Assembly (NCBI GenBank): GCA_040954595.2
Contig: CM082589.2
Coordinates: forward strand, 858,690 to 922,689
DNA from: Balanoglossus misakiensis
Lineage: Eukaryota; Animalia; Hemichordata
Reading direction: 5' to 3'
Length of the DNA: 64,000 nucleotides
Every line of letters begins with the position of its first letter. Within the stretch, counting starts at the first letter, position 1. The position numbers were made by a program, and so were the translations under genes. Positions 1 through 13,826 of the stretch are shown here, piece after piece. Under the pieces are notes generated by a model, which searched no databases, had not been told where the DNA came from, and was given only the letters and a program-made list of their open reading frames with translations.

Positions 1-3000
1 ATGACAGATTTAGGAACTACAATGATTCAGAAAATTAAGAGTACAGGGATGTGACCTCGTTTAAGGCCATCAAAATCATTTACTGCAGTTGTTTACGGTA
101 TGGTTGCTATGACAATCCCCAAGACCGCACAAACATCATGGAATTTAATTTATCTGAGAGCAGTTCACTTGATTAGCTCTCTTCCTATTGCATGCCCATG
201 GTCCAATTGCACAGACTTGTCTGGTTGACACACTTCTACACAGTGAAGGACAAAAACATGACAGTTCCTTCTGTTGGAACAAATATGGGAGGTCAGTGTA
301 ACATTGAATGATACCTTCCAAGGAAGTACCAGGCAGAAAGATGTAGTTACTATGGTGTATGCAAATCTGTGTGGTCATTCAAACTGCACTGATCAAATTG
401 CACAGCAATGGGTGGACAACTTTTCACCCACAATGCAATTTCACATCCTGAGAGCTGATTGTTCTGTCTTCAGTAAACATTCAATGCACAAGTATCATCC
501 TTTGTTCTAATTTATTTGATCTGACAAATCATTCATTTGTGAAAACTGTAAACAAATCAGGCTTTTAAGGCAGTCTGTATCTGACTACATTTTTCTTTCA
601 AATGTAGAATGAGACATCTTTTTGCCCTGCAGACTTCAAGTGCTGTTAATTTATCAGTCTTTTTCAGCATGTCAGATGCAATACTAGTTTAACTCTGATC
701 TTTCCATTCAGCTGGAACTCTCTATTTGAACTATTGCTCTCTCCTCACTGATGGTTATCAACATATTGCATTTAAACTTTTAAGACAACTATCTCGTCAG
801 AGAGGGTGGCTGTGATCTGAATGTCTGAATGTCAAATATTTGCTTGTTTCAAATGTGACTATACATTCCTCCAGTTACAGGAATTAACCTTTTAAAACAC
901 TGATTCACACAGCCACTCTTTGCTATCATCTTATATGCTTCATCTTTTCAAGGCTTTTAATAGTGATGTTCTGTTGTAAAACCAAGCTGAAGCTTTCACT
1001 TATTTGTCTATGACAGACCTGAGTTTAACCATTTCATAAAAAGGGGGTTAAAACAGCGCTTGAGAGATAATGACAGTTCTTCCCTCAAGGCAAACACATA
1101 GTTTGTAGTCACATATTTCAAAGATCCTGGCTGAGATGCCCTGTCGATACATAATGACACTGCCCATGAAGTAAAATTTTATACAACTATTATAATTAAG
1201 TTCTATAAATAAGTCAACACATGGGAGACATGCTGACTCGAAGTGCAGTGAATCAAAATGAATTGTGGGATATATCTCAGGTACCTTGATGTATGTCATA
1301 GAAACCTGACCTAGACACCTGACCTAGGTATAAATCTTTCCCATCATCTAACGTTCATGATGCCATCAGTCTTCGAGGTATATGAATTAATATTCTTCTA
1401 CATTTGAAGGGTTAATGCTGCCTTGTTGCTAATAATATTCAGCAAGTAATGTATTTGTGATGATTGAACAGCTTGGAGACTCAGTGAAGGCCAGCATATA
1501 TTACGTGGGAGGAATAAGGAAATGATATTTATCACTGAGCAAAAGTAGATTTGACATCAAAGAGTTCTCTAGATCATAAATCAGTATTTCCTCAGGCTCT
1601 GGGCTGGTAATGTTATGTGGTCTCTACTTACAGGTCTTGTTAATTAAAGGCATATAGTCGCTCGCATGTATCTATTTATGTGGAGATGATCTGTCTTTTT
1701 ATGTTCAGTAAAACCTATCTAAACCTAGCAATATTGTGTCCCACTCTCAGTCTCAGTGACAACAGTCACATGCCCAGCTTGATGGAAGCTTCACAGAAAT
1801 CACTTCTAATGCAATACATCATAAAAGCCACACTTTAATGTGCTAAACAGACATTACTTTAAACAATTACAGAGTTTATGACATATTATTGGCTCTAAGC
1901 TTGCATTTATTGTATGTTGTGCCGCTAAAATACAAACTGAAATTACATTTCCAGTTTGTAAAATTGCAGACAGCAAAAGTCGATTTCCATATGACCTTCT
2001 GTGATATAATATACCAATTCCTTTCATCTATAATGCATCAGCAAAAGGCTATTATTAGAAACTTTAACAATTTAAATACTCGCACACTTTTTATCATGCT
2101 GAAATGGTGTGTCAAATTTTATGTATGGTATATTCTGTTTTACTACATCACTCATATACTGTAATTTTTATTCTAATTAGAATGAAATTGTTTTTATCAT
2201 AAGTACGGTAGCACATGCAAAGGTATAGGGCTGACTTGGAGATTTTTAGAAATCCTGAAATTGACTCAAAGCTTTTAAAGATTATATGTTTGTTAGAGGA
2301 CAAACTAGTCTTCAACCATTAACAACACGCCTACTATGAGCACTCAAAACTAATATCTTGACCTCTGACGACCTATGCTTACATTAACAGTAAATGAAAG
2401 CTACAATTTAAATTACACAGTAATATATTAATAATACTTTCATTAGATCAAAGGAAATCGAGAGAAAGCAGAATGCCATTAAGTGAAGATCTTAAGTGGG
2501 TATACTTTTCATGAATACACAGGCAAGTTGGACTTTTTTCAGCTGTGGTATTAACGTCAAAGTAGATGGAGTCAACAGACTCTGCTAGAACACCTGATAC
2601 ATAGAGTATCTTACGTACACAGGACGATAAGCGACCTAACATGGACTGACTGCAAATGATGTTTGTGTCCTGGTGTCTTGAGATGAAATCCCCAAAGGAA
2701 AATTCTCAACTGTGATGGCATTTTGAAGTCAAATATGTCCTTGAACTCATTCCGTTGCTTGACAATGTTTGTTTAAAATCAAACAAATTATATTAATTTT
2801 TCATGAATTTTATTAAAAGTGAGCTTAGTGACACCAGCTTTCTTGAAAGATCGCTATAAATTGTCTTGCTATTCTTCCGCCGAGTCAAATGGCAACTGAC
2901 TAGGATTTCTAATTTTTCTTCAAAAGATTGCTGCCCTTTCAAATTGCACTGCATCATTTCAAATTAACATTTCAGAAGGTTGAAACTTTTGAAATCACTT

Positions 3001-4452
3001 GAGTACAGTGCCCTCTAGAGAAACATCCCGTCCAAGAATGGGATTAAAAAACTGGATAGAGGACATTTAACTCTGTAATTTAATTTGCTCCCTCATTACA
3101 TCTGTACATGTGCATTTCTAACCTGTTAGAAGCATTAACAAACTCAAGTTCACTCTAATAACACTATTCTGCTGCCAAGGTAATTGCCTTATATAGCAAC
3201 CTTGGAAAGTATGATTGCGAATTTTGTAGTTAATAAGTGCTTCTAATGTGGACGTGTGAAGATCGCATGGACTGGGAGAGAGCTACCTTCAGACAAAGAT
3301 GGCTGAAGAGTGTTTTGAAAAAGTCACACATGGAGACAACAGAATCCTATTGATGTTTTTAAATTCCTCACAGACAAGTTTTTGTTTTGTTTTGTTTAGT
3401 TATAGTTCATTTCAAACAGATAAATTGACAGACCTGCTGGCATTTATGTGTGTGTGTTATCACCAAATCGAAGTCAAATTCAAATTGTCACAGTAACTGC
3501 ACAGTAAAATTCACCGAGGTTGGTGATTACACACATAGGAGTCGTATAAGCACACTTTGTATTCCGTATATGCACTGGTGATAAATTTCTTGTGAGCACC
3601 TCCTTGGATTATCATTCAAGCCACTACACAGCTAAGTTATCACTGCATCTACAGAAATGTCTCAGTACATGTACATTTATGCAGTATAGTATAATTGCCG
3701 AATGGGTCCTGAAATAATCAAATGAAATAGACTTTGAAGTATGTCAAATAAAAGAATCATTTCAAAAGGCATCCCTGCAGCACTATTTCCTTATCAAATG
3801 AAAGCAGTTGGGCTTACTTAATTTTATAAGATGACCATGCTAGTGAAAGCTTTCGCAAAAACGTTACATGATTAAAACTCAATTTCTGCTTTCGAGTACA
3901 CACCAAATAACTCGCCATAAATAGAATCTGCTCTTCAGTTTATTTACTTTATTCATCAAAACTATCTTTTAATAAGTTTATCATTCCACAAATTTATTAG
4001 GCCACTGAATATAGCTTCTTTCAACTGAACTTTGCACCGTTTTGTTAAAATAAGAAGAAAAAGGTTTTTGCATGCAGTGATTTTAAGAGTTATCCTACGG
4101 GAAAGAAAATTGATAGTCGTTTGGTGTGTGTACAATTCCTTCATGCATCCGAACGAGGGAAGGTTGACTGTTTAATATTCCAAGTGTGTTCACTTACGAG
4201 TGTGTACTTGAGTACTAGAGAGAGAGTGAGTTTAGGCAATACATGGCAAACACTCATATTCAGTTCAATTTCCTGGGTCAAGAAATGTTATTCAATCACT
4301 TCGAAAACGTCATCTGTGAGATGCATATGTATAGGTTCAAAAACCTTTCGTTTTGATTGGAAATGTTGACAAGTTTACAATTCTGCCAACATTGCACAGT
4401 AAGCTTGTGTACTCATGTATTAAAAGTAAATTTAACAACAATATGCAGAAAT

Positions 4453-4545
4453 GTAACCCTTTCACTACCATGGTTTGGTCCAAATCCATTGCTTTCTTCA
4501 ATAAAGTTGGACCTCTACAAAGGGAAATGGGGGTGAAAGGGTTAA
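4453..4545. mobile_element. About 85-bp MITE with terminal inverted repeats, piggyBac-like ends
   Basis: TAACCCTTTCAC (4454-4465) ... GTGAAAGGGTTA (4533-4544) is a perfect 12-bp inverted repeat. CCCT termini are flanked by GTAA/TTAA. Related copies occur in the window. Confidence 0.7.
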
Positions 4546-5737
4546 GATTTCATGCCAGACGCAGCCAAACCATTAATCCTAAAATGACTCTGATCATGAT
4601 TGTGTGAGAACCTCCAGGCTACGAAATAATCGTGCAAATAATATGTAAATTAGAACTAACTCATAATGCAAATTAGCTTCTACTTTGACCTGTTTTCTGA
4701 TTATTCTTGGGAGAGATCAGAAGATAAGTAGTTGACTTGCCATGAAAAAATCAATGAATGCATGGAGATTATTGCGTCAAAAATAATCCATGTCTAGAAA
4801 CAAGCATTTTTAATAGTGGAAAAGAAAATAAACATTAATCCTAGAGACAAATTCCATGCTAGCAGTGGGCGTACATCCATATCATCAAATTCCATGGGAA
4901 TGGGACTATGGCAGGCGTATCATCTAAAATAAAAATAACCACTACCATCATTCATTTACAATCTAATGTTTCCCCCAGATTTACTTCGATTACAGAGATT
5001 TGCAGCAATAACAGCTGCACCATTTGATATCAAAAACTAATTCTCTGACAATCCATCATGTTTTGGAAAACTCAGGTGATGATGTATGACATAGTCAGTC
5101 AATCTCAATAGTTCCAACAACTCTGTGTATCACACAGGCCTTGTAAACAATGATACAATAAATCATGAAATTCAGTAACGTCATAACTGAGCAACAAGAT
5201 CAACACAATTGAAATTCAAAATGGCCGACTCATGTACTTGGACGTAATTAAGTCATTCAATGCATGGTCAGGAATCTGGCTACAGAATACAACTGAATTT
5301 TTCTCTAATTGCCGCACTGCATCTCTGCAACAGTGACCCATCTGTACATCACATCAATGATCAAATAATAGTCCAAGACCCGACATCTCCAAGCTGGTAA
5401 CACGCAATTGGCAGAAAAAATCTACAAAGCTGAGATTTGGCAAATAACTGGCATGTAATGCACATCTATACCACTCGGATTTGATTAATCACCTTTCGTC
5501 AGTTGTATTTATCTATAAAGCAAAATGGAATGGAGTACCGATCAATGGGAAGAAAGCCATGGATGGAAGACTGGATTAACTGTGAGTACCAAGGAATCAA
5601 TACTCCGGAATGCTGGAAGCAATTGGAATATTAAAGCCTTGCACAGTCAACATCTGTGTCTTCTTTCTTTCTTGTAATCCTAGACAGTCATTGCTTTGCC
5701 ATTTAGGGAAATTAATTAGTACCAAAAGGTGGCTAGT

Positions 5738-5831
5738 TTAACCCTTTCACCCCAATGTCCCTGTATAAATGTCTAACACGTTGATTGGAAACAATGAGAT
5801 GAAACCAAACCATGTTGGTTACGAATATTAA
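5738..5831. mobile_element. Second, inverted and more decayed copy of the same MITE
   Basis: TTAACCCTTTCACCCCAATGTCCCTGTA...ACCAAACCATG...TTAA is reverse-complement similar to 4453-4545. Confidence 0.6.
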
Positions 5832-6849
5832 TTAAGATATCTCATTAACTGAATTTAACTGACGTCAATTAACAAAATATGCAGAACCCCTTATGGTATT
5901 TATTATATAAGTCTAAATATGCATAGAAATCACTCATACTTCATGAGGCATATCAATGGATCTGTTGAAAATATAATGATAAATTTATACGTAGCATTTG
6001 CAGTGTTATGCATTTTTCATACATGATTTGTTTGTTAGTCAAAATGACCAGTACAGCAATATTTCACTGATTCATGAATGTATGTAATGTTGTATGACTA
6101 AACTACTTTAATTTTTCACTGCATGTTTGTCGTCTCAAGAATAACCTTTATTCCAAGTGAAAATAATATTGCATGATATTTTACTATATATCTAGACTGC
6201 CGCAACATATGGTTTTCTGTCATAGAATACAGTTCAGGCCTCCCAATATGGCTGACATGCACATGCATAAATTGTATGTGCGCCTGATATGCAGTGACTG
6301 AAACCTTCTTCATTTGGGTGAATTCAAAATCACAATGTATGTAAGTACGTAACACGTAACATATTTACGTACGTACATACAAACATACATTAATACATAT
6401 AGAGCATAATTTGGCAAAAGAGTGCCAGTTGCAAGTAAAAACTTTTTCATTCCCATATCAGAGCCTGATCATGAGAAACAAACTAAAACACTGTCAGGTC
6501 CACCCTACAAATGAAAGCCTGCAATACACTCAAGACATTCCCTGCAGGCCAGTATTGTAATTAACCCTCAACACATGCATCTCTCGTCAAAGGTTACACA
6601 GTTGACCTACATACATGAATTACATCGAAAGACTACTTAATTGGCAACCAATTGGCTTGGCAAATGTACAAAATTTTTCTACATTTGAAAGGACATTTGT
6701 GATCAAGTGATATATATTAAAGATGGGTCAAAATTCCTATAATAATGAAAACTTAAATTTATCACGTCTTATACATTTTCATGAAGATAGTTAAAGGTCT
6801 TTATCATAGCTTACACATTTTCCATGAAAATAAACCCTTGAACAATATC

Positions 6850-6901
6850 ACTGCCCTTTCCCTGTAGAGGTCCAACAACTGATTTTTGGCTGAAAGGGTT
6901 A
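6850..6901. mobile_element. Internally deleted fragment of the same MITE
   Basis: CCCTTTCCCTGTAGAGGTCCAAC...TGAAAGGGTTA matches the reverse complement of GTTGGACCTCTACAAAGGG plus the TIR. Confidence 0.5.
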
Positions 6902-9210
6902 GATGTATTAAGAAAACAATTAACAATTACTATAGATACTGAAGCTCATGATCAAGCTCAAGCACTTGGTTTCCATGACAATGGAAGTCATTTCCCATTT
7001 TCAATAGATTTACAATTAGAGCCTTACTCCATCAAATGGTGCAAAGGTACCTGACGTAGCAATTGATTTAGGTGATGTTTGCGGCATTAATCTGTAATGA
7101 TTTGTATTTTACAATTGTTTATAGCTCGTCCTTGAACTTGTTTTCACCATGTAAAGCTTGCGTATTACTGCATGATGTGGTTTCTGTTAAACAAGTGTTT
7201 TTTCTGGCATGGCTGAGATGAGTGTTGGACGATATATGTTGGTTTACTGCCTGGACAAATGCTTAATGCATACCAATTAGGGGAGAAATTACAGAGTGAG
7301 GAAAGGACACCACCAGGGGAATTACATGGCTGTGTGAAATTCTTGACTTGATCACAATATACTGACTTGAACATGTAACCTCACAGTAGGGTGTGAGAGT
7401 ATGTTTCTCCCAACGGTTGGCTGTATTATCTCAAGATGGATGACAGTAGCATGGCTGGATGAGAATTTTTAAAGTTGCAGTGGCTGCATGGTACTTGCAT
7501 GTAAAATGTTACTAAATATTACACATACACATGTAGGTTTGGCCTTGAAAGAATAGTTTGAAAATGCACAGCATATATGTTTGGTCAAAGGTTATTAATA
7601 TATTCTCGACATATCTGTGAATGGATAACAACGTCAGAAATCTGTAATATTTTTGTTATTTTATGACAATTTCACAACGAGCATACACTTGTAGATATAG
7701 TTTTGATATAATGGGAGAAATATCTCAAATAAAATGCATGCCATGCATATACACAATATCTGAAGTCAAATATGTTATGAAATTTCATACTCTAAAAATA
7801 ACACACTTGTTTGCTGCCATGTCGCTTACTGAGAGACAGGGATCCATCTTTTCAACTAATATTACATTCATATGCAGTATAACATTGCTTCAGTAAATAT
7901 AAATTCATGTACACTCAGACTGGTGTCTGGTGTGTATATGAACATTATGATGCAAATTAACAATATCATTCAATGGAGAATGATTAATGACTATCCTGCA
8001 CAAGGAAATGAAAGCAGCAGTCACATCCCCCGCCCAAAAAATGCAATTATTTCTGACATGATTCCAGCAATGAAATACAAATGCCAAAGTATTCATATGT
8101 GTGCATACACAAACATGTGCAGACAAGATGAAGATACAGAACACATCACTGGACACTGTCAAATATGCAGAAGACCAAATACAGATTTCTTGATTCGTAA
8201 ACAGGAAGCATTGCCTTACACATTGCCATATGTTTCGAAAAGATTGCGTAGACCATGTTCCATGTATAACATCAGAGATAAACCTCAAGTCATAACAAAT
8301 TAACACGTGATGAAACAAATTTAACGCTTTCAAGTTTGCAAATTTTGGGGTCGGTAGTATAACTAAGATGTGCTGTTATTAGTGTTAATCATACATTCTC
8401 AAATGAGTGTATTAAATCCTTTTCCACATGCGACCATAGACACGTATCGATCTTGAAGTCATAATAGAAATGGTTATATTCTCTTTAAAATGTCATTAAT
8501 GCAATCGGAAATAATTTGTCTGAGAGATACACTGGTATTCACAGAAGCAATCACATTCTGAAGACAGAATTCACTTATGCCATCTGTGATCATCTGTCAG
8601 AGAGTTATGCAGTTCTTAAAATAGAAATAAAAGCAGGAGTTTATTACTTTCTCTGTCAATGTTTCGTCCATGAAGCAGTCATTGAAATTGAACCTTTTTT
8701 ACAGTGTCATTGCAAAGCAATTCAGACATAACTGGCCTTGTGTTTCTGTTGTCTGTCCTTGTAGGAGACAAGATTCAGAAGATATCAAAGGTCATGTCAG
8801 AAGACAATCCTAGCAGAATACAAAAGAGAATTATCACTAAAGCATCACAAAAGTTGTTTGTATGTACTAACTAGTGATTTTTTCACATTATATCTACCAT
8901 GACAGTTTTCCGACAGAAAGGGTGAAGGTTTGCAATCAATAATCCACACCAAACTATTGCTACAAGCTTCTTGGATTACTTCATGTATGAACATTCATTA
9001 CATTGACTCAGGTCATCTGATGAGATATGCAATGGTCTTCACAGCTTGTGAAATTCCCACAAAATGACCAACCACTGACATGTGATTCCACTGAAGTCTA
9101 ATGATATTATTTTGAAACGAAATATCATCTCCGGCTCCGCTTATTAGTTCACACATGGAAAATAAAGTTCTTTTTTTTCACAACTGGACTACAAAACTGA
9201 TGTACACAAA

Positions 9211-9235
9211 TCATCATCATCATCATCATCATCAT
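9211..9235. repeat. (CAT)8 microsatellite
   Basis: Seen directly; explains the poly-His in spurious ORF 9155..9469. Confidence 0.95.
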
Positions 9236-10638
9236 TTTCTAACACTAAATGACTTTCTGATGCTTTGTACACCTGTCATGACTTTGTCAAAATCTCCTTC
9301 TTATGGAACTGGCCAGCAGTGTGGAATTCTGGGACAGGAAATGACATCACATAGGATAATAATTATCAGAAAGCTACAAAAACTCTATTTAAAGCAAAAA
9401 TTGTACTGGGACTATAACTTTCCTAAGGGAATGATGGATAATTACAGGAAACTCATATTGCAAGGTTAATGATTATTATGGATGCTTGCTTCGATGAGAA
9501 AATTGGATAAGAACCGACTTTTATGGAGATGTCTTTTTTATGGGAGTATCATGTGGTTACCTTATTAAATTAATAAGCCTTGTCCCATCATACACTTGAC
9601 AGAAATGAAAGTCTCATCTAGAATAATGGTTGTGTTAAGTGTGATGAGGCAGACAAATTTTTTTTATTATTGTCAATTCCACTCATTGCAAGTTTTGAAA
9701 ACATTTCAAGACGCCAATATCTCAATTTTCAATTGACCAGAGACTGATGTGTCAACAAGAAGAATTAGATGTCCAGTGACTGGTTAGTGATCAGGAAAGA
9801 CTAAATTCTATTCAGGGATAGAAAGTCACACAACTAATACCAAAAGGTGTCAACTTCACCCCTTGTTAGTTCTGCATGTTTTCATTCTTTTTGCAACAAT
9901 CCAAGGGTCCTCACATTCCGAGAGAATCAATCCTCGGTCCAATTACTCTCCGAATGCAAACAGGGAGTCTAGAGATATTTAATTTCACACGAGTAAGTTC
10001 CCTTGAGACTGCAAAGGTATGAACAGCTATACTGTTCCAGATGACTCATTGTAAGGTCAAATAAGGTCACAGACCAAGGTAGATACACACATCTTGCAAA
10101 GCAATAAATATCAGCTTACTCCTTTCATCAAAGAAAATGAAATGAAAATAATGAGTCACAATATTTCGTGTTTCTAATTTCAGATGTGAGGATGACATGG
10201 ATGCAAAAACTTACTGAGTATTTTGCTGGATGGACACAGAGAAAAATATGAAAAAGATATTTTTAAGTATGCATTCAGCATTTTATGGCTACAAGCACGG
10301 TCACTCCACACAGCGATCACTTGTGAAATGCATATAATCAGGTAAATTGTACAATATCTATGCTTTAGGAATGAAGTCGTAAAGGACGATAATATCTTAA
10401 ACTGCTTCTAAATTGTTATGAAATGGAAGTATAAAGAAAATATGTCAAATACAATTCAATGATCTGGTTGGCCTTTTAGAAACATTAATAAGTCTCCTTC
10501 AGTGGATAATTTTAGACACATGATAATAGATTCCTAATATTTGCTTTGCGTCTAAAACAACAAGCAAATAGTTAGATTTAAATTATTAATTGGTTAGACA
10601 GACATAGCTGAATATCAAAATATCTCAATGTCTGTTCA

Positions 10639-10700
10639 CCCCTTTTATCAAAATAGTTTGATCCAATTCCATTTGTTTTCAGAAGCAAACCTGGACCTAA
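10639..10700. mobile_element. Decayed partial copy of the same MITE
   Basis: CCCCTTTTATCAAAATAGTTTGATCCAATTCCATTTG...TGGACCT resembles CCCTTTCACTACCATGGTTTGGTCCAAATCCATTG...TGGACCT. Confidence 0.4.
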
Positions 10701-13265
10701 CATGTTCAGCTAAAAGTTCAGCTGACAATTATGGTGAAATAATTTTCTTTACTATTTTTATCTGAATTAATCAACGTCAGAAAATATGGGTGGGGGGAAA
10801 GAGTGTAGTTGATAGACAGATGCACACAGACATAAACATATATCATGATGGAAACAAAAATTCATAAATACGGGTACAATATTTAACCGCTGTAAAAATG
10901 CTTTCTAAAATTACTGAGTATGAAGCATAAACATATGTACTGGTATCAATTTCTGTCTGACATTTACCAGTCATGTGCAAAAAAATGGATATAAAATTAC
11001 CAAGTACCAAAACTGATGTGTGACATTTTCACACTACCGATGGTAATATAATGTCAGAAAGGTTTGAACATGCAAATATTCAGACTGCCAGGTTGTACAC
11101 AACTACTTTCAGTTTATCATTCCTTTTGAATCTTTGCGTGTGAAAAATTCACCCACTCACAGCAGAAACAGCATTAGTCCATCCAAAATGTCAATATTTA
11201 TGAACCTTTGTGAGCTGAATTAATCTATAGAATCCTGCATTATCTATATTCACAGATCAGAGAGTAGGTCGAAAAAGGATTCCGGAATATATTTATGGTT
11301 TCTATTAGTACATTATACACATGCGTTATATATCATTGGTTGGAATATTTTTAAGCATTGTGGTTGTTATTCATTCACGGTGCATCATAAAAGACCAGCG
11401 TTTAAGATGCTTTTAGTTTAACTGACTGAAATTCGCATGGAATATACAGAGAATACCCATAGGAAAGTTGGAAATATTAAATTGAATTACTGAATTAACA
11501 TGATAATTTAAAATTTAGACTGCCACATATGGGAAATATCTAGTATGGGAAATTTGTCAAATGTACTCATCAAAGTCATGGATGATTTGTTCGAGGATGA
11601 CTTCAGTGCATCTATTATGGAAGCATGCTTCTTTCACACTACATACAAACATGTAGTACACACCATGAATAATAATGATATGATAGCGTCTTATTTCCTG
11701 TGTTTTTAGGTCACTTTTTAACATTTAATGTGTTTTCTCTGACACATCAATGATTTACATCATGTTTTGTATTTGATACTTTCATGTCAGTCTCTGTCTT
11801 TCATTTTAAATCATTCATATGCCACCAGTCCGTTTTCGCATACAGTATATCATGTTCTGTTGTTTTTTTGCTTTCTCATTGTGTGATTTGACACATCATG
11901 TGATCTCATCTTACGATTAACACCCATGTAACCAGCAGGCTTGAGCTGAAAGTCTTTTCGCAATCTGCTTACCAAAATATCATCCAACCTTCAAAGTTTT
12001 GTTTTGGATTCATGTCATTAAACCATATTGCCTCTGAAAATGTTATTTCAATCCTTGCCCATGGATTGGGTTGATCAAAGTCAGGTGATTATGAAAATCA
12101 CATGACCAATCACATCCAATCCCATGATAAAAGATTTTATACTAGACAAAAAATAGGTGCTAGTAAAAATTGTTAGCTCAGTGCATGCAGTCATCTATAC
12201 ATCCTGAATCACTCCTCAATGATGGTTCCTATAAAGACTTTGATTTTATAAAAGCCGATCATTAAGTCTTCAAATCACAATTCCTTCTGTCATGCGACAA
12301 GACAATTATTGTATTAAAAGTATATGTCAGACTACTGTATAATTAACTTTATTAGAAATCTTTTTGGGCAGCTCTCAATTGATACTGGAAGTCTATGGTT
12401 TAATTGTTGACATAACTCAAGTTAGTTCGGATAAACTCACGCAAATTTTATAACTTTGAATGAAATAAAAGTTTCAAAGTGACTGCTATTCAAAGATGAT
12501 ATACTATACTAAAGGTGAGAATGATATTGACAAAAGGCCACTTTGATGACCCCTATGTGACCTTTACATCCTGGTATTTTGTTGGAAAGAACATACCACT
12601 GCCGCAGTGTTCATTTCGTCATGGACACGAAATCAACACAGAGGCTACTAGCACTACTTATGTCACTGCCTCTTCACACAATTTCAGAGTATTACTATTT
12701 ATTAGCTATGCTTTCACAACTCTTGATTTGCATAACGTATTTTATATTCCAGTTTTATTCTGACCACTCTCAGTGATTTCATCATTCACCTATTCATCTT
12801 GTGTTGATTTCTCAAAAAACTAGAAACAAAATCATGCATTAATTCTGACCCTGGTCTGTAAATACGCTGAAAACATTCATATTTACGCAATATTACGCAA
12901 AATGCTAAAGACTGATACAGAACACGGGTTAGAGAAAGCCTTTGTTATTCAAACAAGAAATCAGTGGGCCCCCTAGGTCACGTCATGTGTCCTCGACCAT
13001 TCTGAGATCATATACAGTAACCTAAGTGGGGCATATAGAGTTTCGGCATTGTCCATTTCACGAGGACTGAGCGCAGTAATTTTGAAATTGAACATGCAGT
13101 TGTTGCGCGGAATTGACATGATCTTGTTTGAAACAACATTGGGGGCACGGCAAGGGTTGTTGGCGACTGAGCATGCTTAAAGAAATCCACGAAGAAACTA
13201 GATACGAGAATTATTGCTTTGTTTACAATCTTGCTAAAAGAGGAAGGATCATCCGCTGGACTTAC

Positions 13266-13826
13266 CCGTGCAGCTGATGAAGAATTCGGTTTTTCCATAA
13301 GCGCCCAGATCTTCCTCCGTTTATCTGCAAAGCATCCAGTTCCAAAGTTTTCTTCAGCCCTGGCTTGTAATGAATTGTGAATTCGCATTTGCTCGTCGTG
13401 GAGTTGGTCTTTCTTCTGGTGGTATTTATGTTGGCAGCATGTCTCTAGATATAGTTCGTCGATGCCCCAGAAATCGAGCTCATCACTGAAGGAAACTGGG
13501 CACATTTCCTCGATTAAGTGGAGCTTGCCGGTTCGGTAGAAATTAAGAATAGACGTGAAAGAACCGGGATGTCTGTCAAAGAAATATTCGTTGTCTGAAA
13601 GAATATAGTCGTCGCAAATAGCCATGATCATTTCGTGCGTTGTGCATTCTTTAAGCCTGCCAAGTCGAGAGCGCGGCAGTCGTCCTAACGTTTTCCACAT
13701 AACTTCATGCCGAATCCCGCCGACGTTGATGATGACCCGCTTATTGACGGCTTTGCTCCGCATAATCGTGCACGGATCTGGCGGCAGCGAAGTCATCGAG
13801 CGGGAGTAGCGATTATTTGGCTGCAT
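13266..13826 (-). CDS. Shab: Kv2/Shab voltage-gated K+ channel, first coding exon (N-terminus + T1/BTB domain); remainder of gene apparently beyond left edge of window
   Basis: [18 protein letters not shown]...RVIINVGG...CDDY...[23 protein letters not shown]...[10 protein letters not shown] closely matches the KCNB1/KCNB2 N-terminus ([41 protein letters not shown]). It has the H-x5-C-x20-CC zinc motif of non-Shaker T1 domains. A phase-0 donor CGG|GTAAG at 13266/13265 matches the vertebrate KCNB intron position; ORF text after 'AAR' is intron read-through. Likely co-orthologue of KCNB1/KCNB2. Confidence 0.95.

Noticed and set aside
7872-8333. Overlapping 143/142-aa ORFs on opposite strands in the Kv2 intron
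   Set aside because: Composition reflects CA/TG-rich intron DNA; no transmembrane or pore motifs of Kv2 and no known domain.
13008-13265. C-terminal 85 aa of ORF 13008..13826
   Set aside because: Homology to Kv2 stops at a canonical GTAAG donor; this is intron read-through.
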